A DNA stretch of 64,000 nucleotides from Ylistrum balloti (Eukaryota). A model generated the notes under the pieces. It did not search any database and was not told the DNA's origin. It saw only the letters and a program-made list of their open reading frames with translations. The DNA lies in the NCBI RefSeq assembly GCF_031769215.1, contig NW_026782081.1, positions 1,984,001-2,048,000 of the forward strand. The letters run 5' to 3'. The position numbers and the translations under genes were made by a program. Positions 26,201 through 40,204 of the stretch are shown piece after piece (the first letter of the stretch is position 1; each line of letters begins with the position of its first letter).

Positions 26201-29200
26201 TTTTAAGAACCATTATCCAATCTCATCATTGATAATTTTGAGGACAGTCAGTGGTAACATTTACATAATATCAATGAGTACTAAAATTTTGTTGTAAAAG
26301 ACCGAAAAACTTGTATAAAGAGTATTACTTTCTCAAACAAGTTCAAAAACCATGAAAGTCATGTCAAAGGGGAAAGTAGGGGCAGATGGAAGGAGCATCG
26401 ATACATACTGATGATAGTATGTTTTTATTTCTATATTCAATATTTTGTACTTTTTATCATTCAAACATTAACCTCTCTGTGATCCATTTCAAGCCCCTTT
26501 TTTGTGAAAATAAGGTATTATTTAATAAATTTTTCACCAAAATGTGAACTTTTCAACATGCCTAACACATACAATATTCAAAGATGACAGTTGTCCATAA
26601 ATTAAAGTAAAAGCCATTGTCATAAATTTGATTTATATGAAAAACCCTTGAACATCATAGAAAGCTTAAAAAAAAAACAGCAAAGAAAGTTTGTAGGTGT
26701 TGTATTAGGGATAAAAGAAGTTAATGGGAAACTGAATTTATCATTATATATGATGGTGAATATCATTTCTTAGTTGTTATCAATCGCTACTAACCTGCCT
26801 CCCCTGCCCATCCTCCGCCGACAGAAGCCCTGAGTTCGCGGCGGTCTGGAAAAGGACATTAGGTTATATCTGTACTTCCTCTCTCCTAGGCCACCATCCT
26901 CAGGGCTATGCCAAGACCAGTTTCCCAGGCGATTTAAAATAGGCTGCAAACATATCATTGGCTTTTTAAATAAAACTCATCCATTATTCCATCACATATG
27001 ATTTTTGATATAAATATAAAACAAAAAAATCTCATCTGCTTTTTGAAAAATCAAATTATCATAAAAAATTATTACACACAATATGTATATCATTCAAACA
27101 TAAATACATGATAAGAACATAATTATACACCCACTCTGCACAGTTTTACTTATACCCATACTAATAAGAATATCTTATATAAATGTATATTCTTATATAA
27201 ATGTATATTATCATCTAAACATACAAACATAATATGTATATCATTGTTTGTGGTCTTTAAGTGAAGGTCGTTGTGACTACATTAGTCATGTCCTCAAAGG
27301 GTGATCAGATCACGATATATCATGATCAGTTTAATGGTTTATAAAATAAACTATACCCCATACAGGATGCTGTATGTATTGGAAGAACCTTTCCAAGTAC
27401 AACATGTCTTTCTGTCAATAATGGGGACACAGCATAGCCCAGCATCGCATCATTTTCTCGAGGCAAAGGGAGTTTATCAGTTGAAAATAAACTTTCAGCA
27501 ACCTTATGTATTATCAGCAATGATACAGTTCATTTTTCTTAATAATTCCGTTTAAAACCGTTTTAAAACTATTAATGAAACAAGTGAAGAAGAAAGGACA
27601 TTTTTATCAGAAAAAGGGATCAAGTATCATGATTTTCCTATTTGAATTGTAAGGTGTTTACTGAAAAAATAAGGAAGACTGTAAATTCTTGATTCAGTGG
27701 AACTGCCACATCAAAAAAATATCCAGAAAATACCAATATGTCATCATATTCCAAACTCAAATTCAATAAATAAAAAAAACGGGACAAAAATATTTTTGAT
27801 ATAAAAATAATTCCAAAGAAGAAGAAAATATGGTAAATTTAAGAAATTTTTGGAGTCTTAATCGAGAGTAAAAGTATATACCTGTTGACTTTGCAAATCC
27901 AAGCGTTTATGCAGGTTACTGAGAATATAAACTAATTCATAATTCCCTGCTCAAAACACTTACAGCAAAGTAATTGCAATTCTTTCTTCTCTTGAACGCA
28001 AAGGGACCATCTGGATCATTCTCATCTTCATGGTCAGATGGGGACATGCCCTACAAAAAGACAAGAACAAATCATCAAAACTACTGAACTTGTACATTTT
28101 TTTTGTAACTATATTTTCATGCAATCAGAAAGTTAATATCCTACTTACTTTCTAAAATCCACATCAGGAATCACATCACTTAATTGATAATATTACTGAA
28201 AACCATTACTTGTAAAGACTATAAATGCATTGTAAAATATATATACAAGTCAACTATTAAAATTTCCTCAAAGTAGTGTTCCATAGCACTTGTATAGTAA
28301 AATTAACTTTTTTCATAGCACTACTTTTAAAAATTTAGTCAAGAACATATGAATCATTTGTACCGGAGATAAACCCTCGTCTTCAGAGCTGTAGACATCA
28401 GTGTGGAGGACATCAATGTCAGTGAAGTGACGGGTGGGTTGGACGGTTGTATTTTCACGATGCTGCAGCACTGGTTTATGTTTCCTCTTTCTGTATTCAC
28501 GCTTTTTTCTCACAACTACCTCCTCCTGAATCAAACAAAAATCAATGTTTAGAAAACAAAGGGTTATATCATTGCTCAGATCTTTTAACCTGCTTGTTAT
28601 TTTGTGTGGCTTATTGAAGACTGGAGCTACAAATGCTTTGTGATAAACATGACATGCAGTACTCCCCCCCACCCCCACCCCCACCCCAAGAACAATTTCA
28701 TTTGACTTGTGTTTAAAAAAACACTTCAAAGAGAAGCATTCAAATTATATGTACTAAAGTGTGAAATAATTTCTTTTAAGTAAACATCAAATAAAAGTAA
28801 ATCATTAACAAGTGATAACCTTAGGTAAAAATAATTATTAACCTTAAAATTGTTTAGTTCTGATGATACTGCATCAACAAGCCAGCACTACGTTACCGGG
28901 AACACCAGAGGGTGTTCAATGAAGTGCTTTAGTATTTGCTTGGTTTTTACTGAAAAACTCACAAAAGCTGGAGAAACTGCTTTTGAATTCTAAATAATCA
29001 GCTGATCTTTACAGCACTTCAAAAATCATGCAAACACTAAAGAATCAACTTACTGTTTGACCCCAGCCTGAAGAGCCATATGCATATTGTGGGATGAAGG
29101 TTGATGGCATCTTATGTCGTAATGCTTCAGCCTCCTGTAGCATAGTGCCACTGAAGTCTTCTATTTGATACCTGGAGATAGAAAAAAATGAAAGCTTCAT

Positions 29201-32200
29201 CCAAAATTCAAAGTCAGTGAAGATATAGATTACAAAAGTGTAAATAGGTTTTGAAAATACAAACTTTAATTCAATGAAATAATATGCCACAACTAGATAA
29301 ATGTATTGCTTTGATGCACTACTGGAAGCTATAGTCTCCTTTTCTATCTTTACATTTTGTCTCTGATGTTTTTATTTACAAGATTCATTCATTGTAAACA
29401 TTTTGATTGAACACCCCATGTACAGTTACATATGTATGCAGATTAAGAAATCCTACCTTTCATGGCATAGAACATATAATGTTGTTGAAGGTTAAACAAC
29501 CTTGATTTTTTACTATAAATCTAATACCATGCAAAATATTTCCATACTTCCAATATAATCTCAATGTATACTCAAAAGATCAGTATATCAGAAGTATACA
29601 ACAAATTTAATTCAAAAAGTTTGAAAAATGCCACAGGTTCAACAGTTGATGTTCTCTTGTGAAGGAAAATCAGTATGTTATTTGGGATGTGATATTAAGT
29701 TTACTAACTGCACCCAATCAGAATATATGTCTCCCTGGTGCACCACAGTGGAACAAATGTTTCCTCTATGGGTAGAGGTGTGAGAAATGGTGGAGATGCT
29801 AAAAATATGACAAGTATTCAGATCAAGAAGATCACTCAAGGACCTTTTCAATTTTTGTAGCAACAAAATGGCTATCTGGAACACAGTGGCATGACATCTT
29901 CTGTTGTCACTGTATTGGACATTTGAACATTTCAGTTATGTGAAAATGCATATTTTTACTTACCTTTTTTCTAATACTTCTATAGTAAGTTGCAACATCT
30001 CTTTTTTCGTCTTTTCTCGTCGTTTTATTAATTCTAATATCGTTCTAAGAGCAAAAGAAATATTTTTCAGTACAAAGTAAAATTCTGTCCAACAATGCAT
30101 GAAGATTACATCAAATGGAGACTACCATTATCTTATCTTTTTTCTTTAAATCACAAAACAAAACACATTGTGATACTTCAGATCAAATTTGTTAATGTCC
30201 TGGGGTTGGACTTGGACTGCATTTGCACATTGCATTTTTATTGAGGATCTTTTCAGAATAATACTTCATTTTCATGTGAACAAATATCATATCTTTGGCT
30301 GTGATGGACTGACTGGCAGGATAAATAATATCTTGTCAAGTGCAAACTCATTCCACTGAAATATGAATAATTTCGAAATATATTGTAGAAATGTTTTGTG
30401 ATTTTTTTTTTTTTTTTTAACTTCCTTCATAATGACCCAGAATAGCTAAATGACAACAGCCATTCATTTTACTTTGCAACAAACAATCATTTTTGGGTAC
30501 TTACACTGCTCTATTCAGATCTCGACGCAACTTCAACATTTTTTCATATGAGTATTCATCATTCTTCCTATTCTGTAATGAAAGAAAATGAAGATTCAAG
30601 AACAGTCATTTTCATCATTTACTGCAAGTATATCACTTGTGTGCACACAATTGTCACCCTAGAGGATTTACTGGTACATATCCCAATACAGTACTTAAAT
30701 ACTTCCACATAAAATTTAATATTTTCTTACCTAATTGCTTGGACAAAAAGACTTTCTAAAGTAACCACTGGAACTTTATAAAACTATAATGAGATATTAA
30801 ATGTTATTAATATCATTTGTTTTTCAGATCAGGTTTGAAATTCTTGTATCAACTATATTTGCCCTATGGGACTAATTTACTCTGTTGGCATGCTCCAGGC
30901 ACAAAGAAGCAAGACATCTGGAAAAGTTGTCTCACTCTAAAAATATATTTACAATGATTATTTCAAAATTGGAATACTATACAGTGATTCAGATTGGCCC
31001 AGCTTTCTTTAGGACAGATGTCCTAAAGACTGAAATTTTCTAAGGCCATTTTGTCCGAAAGAACAAAAGCATTTGGGCCACAGTCAAACGATAAACATTT
31101 ATTTTTATGCACAAGACAGTCACAGAAGTAGAGTACATCAGCCATTTAAATTGTTGTAACCATTTTTGCTGAAATTTTCTGGCTGTCGTGGTTTTATTTT
31201 CTTCTTGTTTGGTAATTATAATTGTTTCGTCCTGTTCTGGTGTTGGTCAAGAAACATCGCAAGAAAATAACGTTTTTTGGCCCTCTTCAATGTACTTTCG
31301 TCATGTTGTTTTTGTTTCAAGCGTCTGAGCGATAGAAACGTTCGGAATACCATTCGTCGTTTTCTTTAGAAACTACGTTGGAAGGGTTAGGCGAGGTGTT
31401 CTGAGTGAAAGATTAAGAAACGCTTCCACGACATGCATTCAGAGAATAGATGGTCGGAATCCAGTCGAACTGTATTCGTTAGGCCTTGAATGAGAGTATT
31501 TTGACGAACCGATTAATTGCTGAAATTTATCGTCTTATTCAATGGAAAATTTATCGGCCATTTAGTCTGAAAACCTGAAATACTTCCGGCCTTTGTCCCA
31601 AATTCATTTTTTTTTTCGGCCATTTTTTTTCGGCCATTGGCTGATGGCCGGGCCCAATCTGAAACACTGCTACACACAACTTTTTGACTTTGTCTCCATC
31701 AAGATCTCTATTATCAATAACCATGAGTTTAGCAGATTCTCGTAAAAAAAGAAAATTTCTGTAAACTATGTAATAAAGATCAAACATATAGTGCAGATTA
31801 TATAATTATTTGTCAATGGATCTAACTCTACCACAAACCGAAATCATCAAATCAGGACTCCATTCTAGCACAGGAGTATATTTAATCTTGAGCATCAAAG
31901 GCCTTCACTCAACCAAAGTATCTCTTACACATTGATATAATGTCTTTTACTTGGCCAGATTTACTATGAAAATACAGAGGAAATAAACACATAGTTTGAG
32001 CGTCCAGTGCTACATCGCTGAAAAAACTGCAAAATAAAAATGATCTTCCTCCATGCTCAATAAACAGTTGTGCTTTCACAGAGCCAAATTAAATCTAACA
32101 AAAAGTGTTGCAGTTGTGCTTTAATACATGGTTCCATGACAGACTGTGCAACCTTTTTTATAAACCTCAAATTTGCTGTAGTAACAAAAAGAGTAGTTTA

Positions 32201-35200
32201 AACATAGGTCTCAATCTGAGAGAACCTTAGTGACTTAATACACTGCACATCAATTACCTTTCGTGTTTGCATTTTCTCTGTTCGTCGCCGGAAAGCAACA
32301 TATGGATTATTTGTAGTTGAGCCATCTCTTTTTTCTGTTTTCACTTGTAAAATTAAAGGATGTTCCTGCAAAAATAAATACAAATAAATACATTTAACAG
32401 GACACTCATTTTTTATTATCAAATCGATTACTGTGGCAAAATTATACTTCAGCTCAATGATTATTATATTCTGCAGACAAACTCATAGAGTTTGTGCACT
32501 AAATAACATGGTATTATCTAAAGGAAATTCAAGTTGGAAGAATACAAAACTTAAAAAAACCCATTCCTACCAGGCGTAATCGTTTGTTCAGCCAATAGTC
32601 ATAGGCAGCAATAATCAGATCATCATCTTCCTTTAACAGTAATTTGGCCTCTTGTAACGTCACAACCTGTGGAAAAAAAAAACCCTTCATATCAGATAAT
32701 CCATACTGAACTTGACCTGTTGAAGTCAACTGGGATGGGATTAGGAATTATAGAATCATTTTAAAGACTTTTGACATAATAACAAAAAAAAAAAATGTAC
32801 CTGTTGTCCACTTCCTTTTTCCAAACGGTCCATCATTTCCTCAAACTTGAGTGGTGTTATCTCCATCTTTTTGGCTTGTTCATTCACCCACAGTTCATCT
32901 TCACTATCCATATCATAATCTGGGATTTCTTGTTCCATGCCAAATGCTAGATATCAAAATAAACATCAATTCAAGTTCCAACATTATACAAAAAACTACG
33001 TTTATCAATAAATGTTACTGTAATTTCTATATCTTATAATAAAACCAAAAGGATCTGGTAAAGAAGTAAAATGACTAAATGATACTGAAACTCCTTGGGA
33101 GCAATCCAACAGCCATTGGATGACCACAACAATTTGTGGGTCACGAAGGGTAGATCTATCTTATCCAAAGAATAGTGCAATATTTCTATAACTATTCTTA
33201 CAACAAGTAGTGTTCCTCAGATTTGGAACTATAACAGATATTAATAATAGAGAAAAATCTGTTCGGAACAATTGGTTGGTTGTATGTATGCATACATACT
33301 ATACATACTTAAGTCAATAGATAGTTAAAAAAACCCACTTTACTGTCAAATTTCAAATAATATCTATGTCACTGAATTCTTTTCAATTTTATGACAATAT
33401 TCATAAATAGAACCGAGAAATTTCAATATTTGAAAGAAATCTGCCATCAATAATTCTATAACTCTACAATATTCTTTAAGTATATTTCAGTTGTGTTTCA
33501 TATAAACAAGAACAATTAATTACATAGTAACAAGTTTTACAGCATTCCTCTGGATGCTAACGAAATGACTAGGACTTACTGTTAAAAGAGGGATAATCCA
33601 TGGAAGCCAGATGAAAACACGGAGAAAACATCTTCCAATATTCTAATGGGGTATTTTGATATTGATATATTGCACAAACTGTGTCAGAAATCTGGATCAA
33701 TAGATCTGCATGTTGTTAATGTCACAAGCAGATTCAATGTCGCTGACAAGTACAATGCTATTAAGTGAAGTTCTCTTTTATTGATTTTGAGTTAAATTTA
33801 CTACACTGAAACTACAGGAGTACATCACTGCTTCCCATGCCCTCATCAATTTGCATCCATCATTCACTTACAAAAACAAAACATGGCGCTGTGTATCAAC
33901 AAAACATTAAACCCAACATGTATTGCACTAGAATTTTATTAAGAAAGTGAATACACCACACAAGAAGCTCCAACTTCTTGTAAACAGACTGTTTTACTTC
34001 AAAGATGTTTCATCATGACTCATATGAACATTACCTTGAATGTGGATGAACTGTTTTGTCTGCTTGAATTCGTCCCTATACAGGTTGCCATAGCGATCAG
34101 CGATATCGTCACTCTCAGGTATGGGGATGACCAATGCTTCAGATGTACCATAGACCTGCTGTGCTGACAGGGCCCTTTGAAGATGGTGTTCCTGTAAAAA
34201 TATCAAGACAATTATTCTCACTAAATCACACAACAGTCCAAGCTAAAGTTATTCAACTGAATTCATAATACATATATATAAAGACAAATTTGAAAATTTG
34301 TCATAATGGACCTCAATTTTGGATATACAGCAAAAAAAGAGCCAACATAAACAAGTCTTGTTTCCTTTCTATTATTATGCAGTATCACTTTCCTAACATT
34401 TTCTTTGAGACCCAACTGTTCCCAATTCAAAATATACAGTGCAAGAGTTTTACAGTTTCCAATGACTTCTGCAGACAATTTCTGCTTTATACTAGATTAT
34501 ATTTTACAATGTCAATGACACTTTGCTAGATATTCAATATAGTTTTCCAGTCTGAAAACACTAAATCTCCTAATCCTCAGGTAGTATGCATGGACAAAGA
34601 GAGCACAACAAACATAACAGCCAGTCACCAGCAACAAGCAAAAAAAACCACAAAATTTGGCTTCACCACCTAGTATAACAAATGTATTAGCATTATTAAA
34701 AACTATCTGGCAAGGGAAATTCTAAAAGCCAAGTGCAGTGGACCATTTTAAGCAATTTTCTTTGGTGTCAAAAAGAAGTTTGCCATCCTATGCAAATACC
34801 AATGGGAAAACATTGGGGTCTATTCTTGTTTTGATGGGCCCACATACCCCTCCTAGATTATCACTGTTGACCATTTGGTTTAGTGATTTGTTGGGGTAAT
34901 TATTTAGAAAGTCTTCATCTTGTTTTTTTCCCCACCAAACCAATAAAGATATGCAGTTTTAAATCCTTTGAGTTTCTGTTGTGTAACAGCAAAGTGGTTT
35001 TGCAGACATTTAACACTGGCATAAAAAGCTTTCAACTAGGGAGTTTTGTGCAAAACAAAGTATTTAGTCTTCTTAACGACTAAAATCAACTTACCCTTAC
35101 TTATTAAACACCAGAACTTATAACTTTCATCCCTAAATATTTTTTAATAAATTGTCAAATCCTGTATACAACAGTTCTTTATCATGTACGAGCTAAATTT

Positions 35201-36029
35201 ATATAGTATATTCATGTACACAAATGACTAAAGGGACATAATTCAATTATGGGTAACAAGTAGTCAATCGCCCCAAATTACTAATTAAATAATTTTCTCG
35301 TTCATCTATATGTGCATGTGTTTCATAATAACTACTAATATTATTTTCGACAAAACAATACTGGTGCAGGTATCCTATGAATTAGAAATAACAACATTTT
35401 TGTTACGTAGTATGGTCAGTAGAACAGGACGTCTTCCAAGAACCGAACACTATTATTATTCAGATGAGAAATAAATGTTTAAAACATACATTTTTAAAAG
35501 GCAAAATAGTTAATTATAGTCTCAAGTGTGGGTTTAATATGCTGTCAAGCTGTTTATTTACTGTCACAAAACATAATTTGACGAGAATACACGCGAAAGT
35601 AAACAATACATTGTGTATTCCATGTGTTCAAAATGGCGGCCATAAACATACGGTCACGTGATTAAATAAATATTGAGCTGCAAAACCATGCTTCATAAGA
35701 CAATGCCATGTGCCTTTAGCCTAAAATGTCATTGTTATTATGCAACGATTTTATACAAATGCATATATACGATGCATATCCATAAGAATATGAATTAAAA
35801 CAAAAATGGCGAATAACGCGCCATTCCAATATGGCGGCCAATCAGTGACCGAGAATGCTTCAATAAGGAAGCGTACCGTTTCTTCCTCTTTCTCCATTCC
35901 GGTTGGCATCTGAGGCACCGATCGGTTGATCGTTGCAAAGTCTGGAAGGTCAGGTATTTCATCCGCCTTGAATATAGCCATTGCCTTCGTGGCGTCCAGC
36001 GCCCGAGCTCGAAACGATACTTTACTCAT
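23265..36029 (-). CDS. EPC1: Enhancer of polycomb homolog (NuA4/TIP60 subunit), complete, 15 exons, 774 aa
   Basis: Exons: 36029-35877, 34191-34035, 32946-32801, 32666-32571, 32365-32258, 30572-30505, 30044-29964, 29171-29054, 28525-28364, 28050-27964, 26943-26795, 26127-26002, 25516-24981, 23870-23618, 23349-23265. Total 2325 nt, phases consistent, all GT-AG. Motifs: MSKVSFRARALD, PQMPTGMEKEEE, PYVAFRRRTEKMQTRKNRKND, DPDGPFAF, RRRMGRGGR, C-terminal AMDVT*. Presumably co-orthologous to vertebrate EPC1 and EPC2. Confidence 0.97.
24427..24911 (-). mobile_element. HINE-like element of the 16952-18168 family, degenerate, in EPC intron 13
   Basis: On the + strand, AACAAAGTGATCCAAGAAGAATCTTGGCACCCACCA matches the family 3' end and GATGACGGTGGGCTGAAAA matches the 5' end. 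Core units such as CACAACTTGGGACCAAG lie between. Confidence 0.65.
28664..28687 (-). other. Canonical G-quadruplex motif on the EPC sense strand, intron 8
   Basis: Minus strand reads GGGG-T-GGGGG-T-GGGGG-T-GGGGGGG. Confidence 0.75.
30982..31669. mobile_element. 688-bp non-autonomous DNA transposon, hAT-like CAGTG termini, in EPC intron 5
   Basis: TIRs CAGTGATTCAGATTGGCCCCAGC and CAGTGTTTCAGATTGGGCCCGGC match at 20/23. Flanks are CTATA and CTACA. The interior is CpG-richer than the intron. Confidence 0.75.
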
Positions 36030-36720
36030 CGTTCCTGACCTCAAATATGCTAATGAGCCTGTCCACGTAGCTGGCCTTGTATTATCAAGGCAAAATCACA
36101 ATAATACACAGTTTTTTGTGGAACTAACCACTAGAATACACAACCAACATTTGGTTGAGCCTTACTACCATGCTCACATAGTCGTCCGAGGCTCATGAAT
36201 CTCGCTGTAATGTTACATTTTTGAAATGTTTCACAAAATCCATCATGGCGGCCATTCGTGCCCATCAATGCTATCCCAGAGTTCTAGTCTATTTTGCGCG
36301 CGCACTTGTTTTCAATGAAAATAACAATACCACGTGTATGTGTTTGGCTCGTGGGAACCTGCGTAAATATCACATATTTATTGCACTGTCACTTGACGTG
36401 AAGGCAGGAATAACCTTTAACTTATACATGCAAGTAAGAATGTGTCATATCTTTCTTACAGACACTTAGATAATTGAGGTATTGGACGAAAAATAATAAT
36501 CGACATTTTCTGGTATTACGCTGAGAATGGGGGCGTGGTCATGTGTCTTACTACTAATATGCTTACTTTACGCGATGACATTTTTTATACGTGCGCATGT
36601 ATGTCTTTGATTATCCATGAAATGGCTCCCATTTATCGATTGATCTGTTTTTACCGTAGTTTTAATCAAACGAGTTTACTAATTTATCTATCGACGAATG
36701 GACGTTCGTATCATGCATTT
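36030..36720. promoter_or_regulatory. Probable bidirectional promoter and 5' UTR region shared by EPC (-) and RBBP9 (+)
   Basis: CpG-dense patch directly upstream of the EPC ATG. YY1-like ATGGCGGC motifs occur near 36245, 35831 and 35634. A + strand donor GCAA|GTAAGA at 36434 could end a non-coding RBBP9 first exon. TSSs cannot be determined from sequence. Confidence 0.55.
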
Positions 36721-37689
36721 CTCCATGAATCTCTGTCATAAACAATTAACATTGTTTCAAATAGAACATTTAAATTATTTTTATATCCCTTAAACCCAGG
36801 TTTAGCATGAATTGTCGTTATACTTGTTTATTACACACTCTTAAAGGTTTTATTTCAATATTTGAGCATCTTTTGCATCCATGAAAATATTTGTGACATC
36901 ATTAACTTATTTTCTCCTTACTGAAATAAGGCTATCATTACTGCTATAGCATATTTAAGCAGGGATGAAAATAGCATTTCTCTGGTTAAATTGATTACCA
37001 GCACCATCAATGCAATATTCACAAATGCTACCAATCATAGATGTATTTTAACAAGAATAAACTTATTTATGTCATAGTCTTCTACTGTTATATCACCCAC
37101 GGTTAATGTATTTATAAAATTTTCCTGAATTTTTGTCTATATACATAATTATATACAAAAACATCACACAGAAAACCATCATTGACACAGACCTTATATG
37201 TCCACTACTCAAGACCCTGAATGACACTTATTTGTGTCAAAACCCTGCTGTATTTGGTTTTCTTCTTAAAGATTTGGCCTGCTTGGTGCTAATGAAGAAA
37301 ATGTATTCCCTTTCATATCAATTACACCAAACAATTTTTTTTTTGTTTTTGTATCATTTTTGGTAAAAATAATTTGCCGTCCCATTTTAACCAACAGATG
37401 TGCTTGAGCAACCTTCTAGTTTCAGTAAATTCACCAATATACTAACTACAAGATACTTCCTTCAGGTTTTCTGATCTTGAAACTTTATCATAGCCTTCCT
37501 GAATTTGTCATGCCAGAGTAATCAACAAATGCCAACATTTTCAAGGTTGCAAGAATTGTTGAGGATGAATATTCTTTAAAATGTTCATCATTTAAAATAT
37601 TCTTTAAAATGTTCATCATTTAATTTTCTGCAGTCTTGTTCTTATTCTATTATGTAACTTAAAGTTGCTTTACAATAAACATTTGTTAA

Positions 37690-38620
37690 TTCATGTGCTT
37701 CATCACACCCTTCCTCCCATGGAACGGTCAGCTCCATCAGGAAGATCTTCCAGCGCTATTTATTGAGGTCTGCTTTGATATCCTAGGTTAGTTCTTGGCT
37801 GATTAAAGTTGATTTGAAATGGTGTGGTTGTTGGGTATCCCCTTCTCACCAGATTCCGATGTTCTGTCACTGGCCTCTTCTGCTACTGATCTTTCTTTAG
37901 AATGTTAGCTGAAGCAGCCAGAAGCTGGTCATGTTGCTATCTGTATCTCCTATACTAGAGAGCTGCTATATAGAACTAGTTTCCCTATGCCACCACACAG
38001 GGTTTAAGCTGAATTATTCTGATGCTGACAATGTATCAAACCTGAGCACAAAGGAGAACCATATTGGTTCTATCTTGCACTCAGAAAGAGACTACAATCC
38101 CTGTTGTCACTCTGTTTAATGTTGTTGGTCTTTCTCTGATCTGACCACTGTTACAATTCTGTCTTTCTATCCTTACCTTTTGCCTTGCTTCACTGCTGTG
38201 AATGATAAATGTTCAGTTGTCATTTACCAACACAAATGCTTCCTATAATGGTCTGCAGCTTCAGTGTACTTTGGACAATTTCGGGCCTACCTTGCTGGCT
38301 GACTTTCTATTGGTGCTTTTCTCAGGGGATTCCACCACCAGTCAGTGGTAACTTGTATAACAAAAAGAGTCAAAGACAGTCTTGGAAGAGCACAATGTCA
38401 GTTGAACCAAGTCTGGAATTTTCCTTGCAGTCCTGATTTGTCAATCCTATTCTGCTATTTGTTTGCTTGTTCCCCGACTTACCCAGGATTGTGGACTTAA
38501 AGGATGACCTGTTTTGTTAACTGCCCATTTTTGATGATCAGGTATCATATTTCTTTGCCTTGAACTTGATAAGTGCCCAGATCAGGACATCGTCCAGTGC
38601 AGATAGAAAACACTGTTCGA
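37690..38620 (-). mobile_element. Decayed 3' part of a HERO-clade (RLE) non-LTR retrotransposon ORF
   Basis: Colinear minus-strand motifs, broken by stops and frameshifts: WALIKFKAKK, IDKSGLQGKFQTWFN*HCALPRL, KLQTIIGSICVGK, TAVKQGK, EPIWFSFVLR, LCGGIGKL, RYR*QHDQLL, KIFLMELTVPWEEGCDEAHE. Confidence 0.85.
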
Positions 38621-39236
38621 TAGATTTGATAAATAGCATTTTGCCAGTAATCTGATATTAAACAGAAAGGCATATTTTACATTGTATGGCATTGCCACAA
38701 TGTTACCTTACCAACATTAGTTGTGTATTACCAGCCCATGAACTGCCAACAGCATAGAAATATTCCAAGTAATATAAGTAAATTGAGGTTGTCTTTCCTT
38801 ATGATAAGATGAAACTTGAAAACAGTGAATTATTAGAATTGAATTGCTTTCAGTTGGTATTCATTGACTATAAATACCAACTGGATAAATACAAATTCAA
38901 CGGTTATCGCTTCATTGAAAAGGCCTTATCTTTTTGGCATTCATAAGCCAATGAATGCCAAATTAAAACAGTTCAATGCTTAAAATATATATGCATAGCT
39001 TATTATAACAAGGGATTTATTATGTCAGAGCGATATTAAGAGTGTAGTAAGCTCTGCATGATGAGATATCAAATGATGTGATTTCAAAGAAGTGGGGTTT
39101 GTTGTATTATGTATGGCTATTTGGTCAGTGGTAATAGTATGACAGGCCCCAGTTATGCTGTTGGTTTGTATGGGTATAAAATTGTGTAACCCTGCTCAGT
39201 CATACTGAAGATTTGTATGTGTATAAAATTGTGTGA

Positions 39237-39476
39237 CCAGGCCCCACTTGTATAAAACATCTCAACTTGAGATTTCCTCAAGTCGAGATTTTTCTCTGCT
39301 GATATCTCTGAAAATATCTTGTATGAAAATTCCTTAAGGAATTTCAGGACATCCTAGCCGAGGACTTTCTCCTGTTCCTTGAGAAAATTTTATACAAGCC
39401 GTTTTTTGAAGAGATAGAGGAAAATCTCGACTTGCGGAAATCTCAAGTTGAGATGTTTTATACAAGTGGGGCCTGG
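39237..39476. mobile_element. 240-bp MITE with 56-bp terminal inverted repeats
   Basis: CCAGGCCCCACTTGTATAAAACATCTCAACTTGAGATTTCC(T/G)CAAGTCGAGATTTT matches at 55/56 between the two ends. The TSD is not resolved. Confidence 0.92.
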
Positions 39477-39616
39477 CCCACAAAGATATACACTCAGAAT
39501 TCTTTATTCAAAATACAAATGTGTAGTCAGAATATTGTTTCAGTATTATTCTAAACAAAAAGTGAAATGAAGACCAGAAATGAACTTTAGCGAAAAGGAA
39601 CTGGATCTATAGTTAG

Positions 39617-40204
<588 letters not shown>

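Noticed and set aside
32685-32765. Possible C/D snoRNA in EPC intron 3 (ATGATT...CTGA on the minus strand)
   Set aside because: The C box is imperfect, there is no terminal stem, no guide target was recognised, and the D box is too close to the acceptor.
33574-33720. Possible poison exon in EPC intron 2 ending at a GTAAGT donor (33579)
   Set aside because: No convincing matching acceptor, and it cannot be tested without reads.
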